From: Blautia sp.
Lineage (GTDB): Bacteria > Bacillota > Clostridia > Lachnospirales > Lachnospiraceae
DNA length: 64,000 bases
Direction: 5' to 3'
NCBI GenBank assembly: GCA_022770365.1
Contig: JALEHU010000068.1
Span: 413-64,412 of the forward strand
This document shows positions 58,699-64,000 of this stretch, piece by piece (position 1 is the first letter of the stretch; every line of letters starts with the position of its first letter). The notes beneath the pieces were generated by a model. It did no database searches and was not told the origin of the DNA. It was given only the letters and a program-made list of their open reading frames with translations. The translations under genes were made by a program, and so were the position numbers.

Positions 58699-60685
58699 AG
58701 GACTGTTTGTCAGACTTGCCCTAACAAATATACGGAAAAACCGTGGAACCTATATCCCATATATACTCACCTGTATCTGCTGTATCGCCATGTTGTATAT
58801 GATGCTTTTTATCCAGGCGAATCCGGGGATGGAGAAAGTGCCGGGCGGCAGTGATATAGGGATGATCATGTGGCTGGGGATTTTTGTGGTTGGAGTATTT
58901 TCCTGTATTTTTCTTCTTTACAGCAACAGCTTCCTGATGAAGCGGAGACAGAAGGAACTGGGACTTTATAATATTCTGGGAATGGAAAAAGGGCACATCG
59001 GAAAGATGATGTTTCTGGAAACGATTTTTACCTCCATATTCAGTCTTGCAGCCGGTATTCTCGTTGGGATTCTGGGAAGCAAACTTGCATTGCTTCTGCT
59101 TCTGAAGCTGATCCATCTTCCTGCGCAGTTCGGATTTTATATTTCCGGTACAGGGATTGTGATCTGCATTATCGGGTTTGGCGGGATTTTTCTGCTGACG
59201 CTTGTGAATAATCTGCGCCGCGTGCATTTAAGCCGTCCCGTGGAACTTCTGTGCGGAAGCAGTGCAGGGGAGCGGGAACCGAAGGCAAAATGGCTGATGG
59301 CCCTGATCGGATTTATATGTCTTGGTGTGGGATATTACATTGCGGTGACTACAGAGTCTCCCCTTGAGGCACTTTATATGTTCCTGATTGCGGTACTGCT
59401 TGTGATGGCCGGAACTTATCTGGTGTTTACCTCTGGAAGCATTGCTGTGCTCAAAATGCTTCGCTGGAAAAAGAGTTTTTATTATAAAATGAAAAATTTT
59501 ACCAGTGTTTCCGGAATGATCTACAGGATGAAACAGAATGCGGTGGGACTGGCAAGTATCTGTATCTTAAGTACGGGTGTACTGCTGATGCTGTCAAGTA
59601 CCGTATGTCTGAATTTTGGAATTGAGGATTGTCTGAATTACCGGTATCCGTATGACATGAATATTAATATCCGGTATGCATCTCTGGAAGAAACAAGAAA
59701 CGCGGTTTCTGCTGTCCTGGATGCTGTGGAGAAAGAGGAAATCTCATATGAAACATTTTATCGGGAGATTTCCCTGAATATTGCTTATATCAAAGAAGGA
59801 ACAGAGCTTGTTTTCCGCAATCCAGGTTCTGTTTCGGATGTGGCAGTGGGAAGTCTGGCTGTGATTCCGGAAGAAGAATATGAGCGGATATCAGGAACTG
59901 GGACGGAACTTTCCGAAGGTCAGGTGATTGCATATGGGCAGTCTTCCGGTGAGACTCTGCGGATTTCGGGGACGGATTTCCAGGTGAAAGAATGGCTGAA
60001 AAAATACCCTCTGGATTCCGCTCCACTGGTTTACGGGGACTACAGTGCGGTGATTGTGACAGATGCGGACTTTGAGAAAATTGATGAGCTGCAGAAGAAA
60101 GCATATGGAGAATATGCCAGCCAGCCTTCTGCTGTGATCGGGATTGATGTGGCGGACAAGGAGCAGATTTCTGCCTGTGTGCAGAAACTTGAGGGAACTC
60201 TTACAGGTATTAAGGATTCCGGTGTGGTTCCGGAAAATGCCTGGGTAACAAATGATGTCCGCCAGGAGAATTATGACAGATTCTATCTTCTGTACGGCGG
60301 TCTTTTCTTCCTGGGAATCCTGCTGGGCGGTATGTTCCTTATGGGTACCGCAATGATCATTTATTATAAGCAGATGTCTGAAGGATATGAGGATAAGCAG
60401 CGCTTTGAGATCATGCGGAAAGTCGGCATGAGCAGCAGAGAAGTCAGATCTTCTATCCGAAGACAGATTCTGATGGTATTTTTCCTTCCGCTGCTCATGG
60501 CAATCCTTCATATTATCATGGCATTTCCGCTGGTAAAGAGACTCCTTCTGATGCTGGGAATGGCAAATACGAGGCTGTTCATGATGTGCACAGCGGGAAC
60601 GATCCTGGTATTTGCAGCGGTGTATGCGGTGATTTATATGATCACAGCACGGTCTTACTATAAAATTTTGCAGAAGGCGGAATAA
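58691..60685 (+). CDS. FtsX-like ABC permease (BceB-like, antimicrobial peptide resistance)
   Basis: YSNSFLMKRRQKELGLYNILGM, YYKQMSEG, large extracellular loop, about 10 TM. Confidence 0.9.
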   Translation: MRKGLFVRLALTNIRKNRGTYIPYILTCICCIAMLYMMLFIQANPGMEKVPGGSDIGMIMWLGIFVVGVFSCIFLLYSNSFLMKRRQKELGLYNILGMEKGHIGKMMFLETIFTSIFSLAAGILVGILGSKLALLLLLKLIHLPAQFGFYISGTGIVICIIGFGGIFLLTLVNNLRRVHLSRPVELLCGSSAGEREPKAKWLMALIGFICLGVGYYIAVTTESPLEALYMFLIAVLLVMAGTYLVFTSGSIAVLKMLRWKKSFYYKMKNFTSVSGMIYRMKQNAVGLASICILSTGVLLMLSSTVCLNFGIEDCLNYRYPYDMNINIRYASLEETRNAVSAVLDAVEKEEISYETFYREISLNIAYIKEGTELVFRNPGSVSDVAVGSLAVIPEEEYERISGTGTELSEGQVIAYGQSSGETLRISGTDFQVKEWLKKYPLDSAPLVYGDYSAVIVTDADFEKIDELQKKAYGEYASQPSAVIGIDVADKEQISACVQKLEGTLTGIKDSGVVPENAWVTNDVRQENYDRFYLLYGGLFFLGILLGGMFLMGTAMIIYYKQMSEGYEDKQRFEIMRKVGMSSREVRSSIRRQILMVFFLPLLMAILHIIMAFPLVKRLLLMLGMANTRLFMMCTAGTILVFAAVYAVIYMITARSYYKILQKAE

Positions 60686-60729
60686 ATCTTTTTTGCATAA
60701 GCGGCTGCGTCGTTGCATCAGAAAGGGGG

Positions 60730-61413
60730 TTATTTGATATCGCCGCCCATCAGATGATCCACTTTTCCAAAGCCGGCTTCTTCACCGAGACGTCTGACAA
60801 AATCTGAAGCGACACATACCACTGTTTCTTCATGAAGGAAATCGGTAATGTCTGCATCAAATAGCATGTTGGCCTGTGCTTCAAATTCATCGTCGCCATC
60901 CCAGAAAATAACGGTCAGAGGCATCCAGGGGAAAGCGTGGATCACGTATCCCACATCCCCCTGGGAGACAGGTTTTCCGCCAAGGGTCAGACAGGCTTTC
61001 TGAAGCTGCTCAGACCTGCCGCTGAAGGTCTCAGCCAGAGGCTTCAGAATCGTTCTCTGGAAAGTGGAATCAAATGGAGCGGCGCGTTTTACATGGCGGA
61101 AAGGAACAAATTCTCCACGTACCTCTGCATGTGGTTTTGCGTAATAAAATTGATTGTAAATGGTAATGATCGTATTGAATTTCAGGCGCCTTTTTGGATT
61201 GTCAGCCAGAGTGATCATGCCGTTTCTGCGGTCAATGCGGTATGTTTCAGAAAAATAAGTGATATACAGAGCCTCCTTATCGGCTTCCAGAGAAAAGCGC
61301 TTTATCAGCTGCTCCTGATCCATTTCCAGAAATTTAGTACGCCAGTTTTCACAGGTTATTTCATAATGATCCATGGGTTTTCCCTCGCGATGGGTGATAT
61401 AACTTTCTCTCAT
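60730..61413 (-). CDS. DUF3786-like protein
   Basis: AFPWMPLTVIFWDGDDEFEAQANMLFD motif; AGGAGG RBS. Confidence 0.75.
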   Translation of the reverse strand: MRESYITHREGKPMDHYEITCENWRTKFLEMDQEQLIKRFSLEADKEALYITYFSETYRIDRRNGMITLADNPKRRLKFNTIITIYNQFYYAKPHAEVRGEFVPFRHVKRAAPFDSTFQRTILKPLAETFSGRSEQLQKACLTLGGKPVSQGDVGYVIHAFPWMPLTVIFWDGDDEFEAQANMLFDADITDFLHEETVVCVASDFVRRLGEEAGFGKVDHLMGGDIK

Positions 61414-61625
61414 TTTATTCCTCCTGGTTTTTATAAGACTTTGTAAGTGTTCAGCACCCGGCGGGATGTTACCGGATGAAAAATTACGGGGCTTTTGCAG
61501 TGTTTTGTGGATTTTCCCGACTTATAAAATAATCATAACACATACTGTCCCAAAAGTGGGATTAATAATAAGAAACTCATAAATATGGTAGTGTCATTTG
61601 GCGCAAACTCAACAATATTTTATTA

Positions 61626-61675
61626 AAAAGGACTGCCGAAAAACAAGCGAAGGCTTATTTTTCGGCAGTCTTTTT
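61626..61675. terminator. Intrinsic terminator
   Basis: AAAAGGACTGCCGAAAAA...TTTTTCGGCAGTCTTTTT. Confidence 0.7.
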
Positions 61676-61685
61676 GAAATATCAT

Positions 61686-64000
61686 TTATTTTACGATTGT
61701 AAGAGGAAGATGTGATAATGCTCCCTGGTAATCAGCCTGTCTGGAAAGGATTCCGTTCAGCAATTCGGCAGATTCTTTTTTATTGGAAAGTCCAAGATTT
61801 CCAAGTGCACGAAGGTAATTGCAGTACTGAGTATTGCGAAGCAGGATGTCGTCCTGAAAGACTTCAATTTCCGGAAGAGATACGGCAAAGAAGTCATAGC
61901 TTACATGATCAAACAGGTGTCTTTCACCATAAGCAGTCAGCTTGTGGAAGGATTTGAGCGCAGCGGCTTCGTTTCCAAGTGCTCTGTGGGCCAGACCCTG
62001 ATAGAAGATGAAGTCAGATGGCTGATCATTATAGTAAAGGACGCTTCCCGGTTCATCAGAGCCTTCTGTTGCCAGAGCAAGGTATTTGGCTGCATTGGTA
62101 TCATCCTTCATCATCCGGTATGCGAGACCCATGTAATAATGAGCCTGGTTGTCCGGTACATTTGGAAGCTTTCCTTCTCCAAGGCAGTCGGGATAGGTTA
62201 ATGTACGGGTGAGCGTTTCCAGAGCTTCTTCAGGTTTCTTTTCATTCAGTTTTTGAAGTGCAATCTGGATTAACGCATATTTATATTGGGCACTTACCTT
62301 GCCTTCGCCACCTTCCCATGGATGGAATTGTCTGTTCAGGAGACAGTCAAGAGCTTTCTGGTACTGACCGGTACAGTTGAGCAGAGTGATATAACGGAGA
62401 TATAAGTCGTCTCTTGCTGAGGTGATATCCGGATGGGATTCCATTACTGCGAGACGATCTTCATTGCTTACATTCCGTTTGGCAGCAAGCTGGTCATATT
62501 CAAGCCACAAACGTGGGTAAGTACTGTCGAGTTCGCAGGCCTTTTCCATCATTTTCATTGCTTTTTCTGCGTCATTCTTTTTGTTAAAGTATGCAATCGC
62601 CAGGTTGCGGTATGCGGGAGAGAAAACTGGTTTCTGTGTACAGCACATTTCCCAGTGCATAGCCGCGCTTTCATACTGTTTTTTGTCATAGAGCAGGTTT
62701 CCAAGGTAATAATGTGCCATAGGTGCATGTTCCAGTATGGAGATGGCGGTTTCGAGAATCGAAATTTCTTCTACGCGATTCGGGAAACAGTAGTCAGACG
62801 GACGTGATTCAGCGTCTGCGAAAGCTTTTTTTGCTTTTTCATCATCTCCGCTGCAGTGGAAGATGTAGCCGAGGTAATATGCGCACATTGGACTGTTGTC
62901 CGGGCAGGCATTCAGGATTGCTGCAGCATCGTTAAAAAGACCAGCTTTAACATAGTCCAGAGAGACCTCCAGATAATTATGAGCTTCACTGCGCATAGCA
63001 TGCTTCCAGTTTTCCAGAGAATCCCCGGACAGAGCATTTTCATAAAGACATGCCATATATAAGGGGTCAATTTCCAGACATTCTTTCAAAAATGCAGTAT
63101 TATCTCTGCCGAGTTTGTGCAGGAGTGCTGCTTTCAGTGCACGGGTCTTCATGTTATGCCAGTTGCGGATCATGGATTTGTCTGCATATTCAAGTGCTTC
63201 TTCATAATCGCCACGGCGGCTGGCAAGGCAGGCAAGCCAGTAAAAACCGGCGCTCTGTGTTTCAGCGCTCCAGGTGGATTTGTAAAAAGCATCGAAGGCT
63301 TTTTCGTCCTGACCGTCTGCTTCAAGTGCAAGTCCAAGGTTGAAGTAGCATTCACCCTGATAAGGATTGGGATTTTTCCAGGTCTGGCGTTTGATGGCTG
63401 CTTCGAAATACGGAATACTTTCTTTAATAAGTCCTCTGCGGTACAGAAGGAGACCATAGCCGTTATTCAGACGGATATCTCCGGCATCACGACGAAGCCC
63501 TTCCAGATAATAATCGGCAGGTTGATAGGTTGCGTGGCGGTACTGTTCCAGATGAGCGGCACAGAGATAAAGCTCTTCTGTGGATTTCTGATCAGCCGGG
63601 GATTTCATTGCTTCGGCCGGTTCCGGGACGGGCTGCAGATTTTCTTTGTAAACGCTGTAATCCACAAGCACTCTGTCATTACAGAGTACGGTTACTCTGC
63701 AGTCATCCAGGGAGGATGGAGCCGGGAACTGTGAGCAGAAACAATTCTCAGGGGAAAGGTGTGCTGTTGTCTGGAAAAGTATCTGATCGTTTTGTCTTAC
63801 AGTGATTTCGCAGTCGGGATATTCCGCAGTAGCGTACACGCGGATCAGAGCATCATTTTCATTTTTGGAGATACTGACAGCAGCCTCTTTTGTGGCATTT
63901 CCAACTCTGCCCACACCTTTGTATGGCATAAAATACTGGACAAAGGTTTTTTCTTCATGAGGCTTTAACCATGTGAAATCAGGCTGGTTATCTGTAAATA
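61686..64000 (-). CDS. DUF5107 domain / TPR protein (5' end outside window)
   Basis: DNQPDFTWLKPHEEKTFVQYFMPY, FHPWEGGEG, LGEGKL, DFFAVSLP; many TPRs; frame open to the window edge. Confidence 0.85.
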   Translation of the reverse strand, partial: FTDNQPDFTWLKPHEEKTFVQYFMPYKGVGRVGNATKEAAVSISKNENDALIRVYATAEYPDCEITVRQNDQILFQTTAHLSPENCFCSQFPAPSSLDDCRVTVLCNDRVLVDYSVYKENLQPVPEPAEAMKSPADQKSTEELYLCAAHLEQYRHATYQPADYYLEGLRRDAGDIRLNNGYGLLLYRRGLIKESIPYFEAAIKRQTWKNPNPYQGECYFNLGLALEADGQDEKAFDAFYKSTWSAETQSAGFYWLACLASRRGDYEEALEYADKSMIRNWHNMKTRALKAALLHKLGRDNTAFLKECLEIDPLYMACLYENALSGDSLENWKHAMRSEAHNYLEVSLDYVKAGLFNDAAAILNACPDNSPMCAYYLGYIFHCSGDDEKAKKAFADAESRPSDYCFPNRVEEISILETAISILEHAPMAHYYLGNLLYDKKQYESAAMHWEMCCTQKPVFSPAYRNLAIAYFNKKNDAEKAMKMMEKACELDSTYPRLWLEYDQLAAKRNVSNEDRLAVMESHPDITSARDDLYLRYITLLNCTGQYQKALDCLLNRQFHPWEGGEGKVSAQYKYALIQIALQKLNEKKPEEALETLTRTLTYPDCLGEGKLPNVPDNQAHYYMGLAYRMMKDDTNAAKYLALATEGSDEPGSVLYYNDQPSDFIFYQGLAHRALGNEAAALKSFHKLTAYGERHLFDHVSYDFFAVSLPEIEVFQDDILLRNTQYCNYLRALGNLGLSNKKESAELLNGILSRQADYQGALSHLPLTIVK

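Noticed and set aside
56045-60685. Two-component system plus ABC transporter as a novel system
   Set aside because: Ordinary BceRS-BceAB-type antimicrobial peptide resistance module

Overview
Chromosomal DNA from a gut-type Firmicute. Gene content, SigA promoters, a T-box and a c-di-GMP-I riboswitch suggest Lachnospiraceae (Blautia-like); this is an inference. Housekeeping genes include pepT, hisC, rho-rpmE-DUF1385-prmC-prfA, glmM, hflX, NrdR-boxed nrdD, T-box trpB2 and a BceRS-BceAB-type module. Five accessory modules stand out. (1) An ABC uptake operon whose consensus promoter has a (TA)9 tract in its spacer, followed by cutC, a Png1/NGLY1-like transglutaminase-fold protein and an M28 peptidase. 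(2) A DAK2 / DegV / membrane methyltransferase / bacterial GH3 amido-ligase / 7TM-GAF-degenerate GGDEF-HD-GYP cluster. This is the best candidate for an undescribed system that makes an acyl-amide signal and senses it through c-di-GMP. (3) A minimal PilT-PilC-pilin-like operon, divergent from an ATLF/PPEP-like metalloprotease controlled by a c-di-GMP-I riboswitch. (4) A small variable island containing an Rpn nuclease with a candidate intragenic antitoxin, an RHS remnant and a probably truncated nitrilase. (5) A divergent acyl-CoA ligase / Na+ symporter pair sharing a palindromic operator. No rRNA, tRNA, CRISPR array or intact IS was recognised. All calls come from reading motifs by eye, with no database searches.
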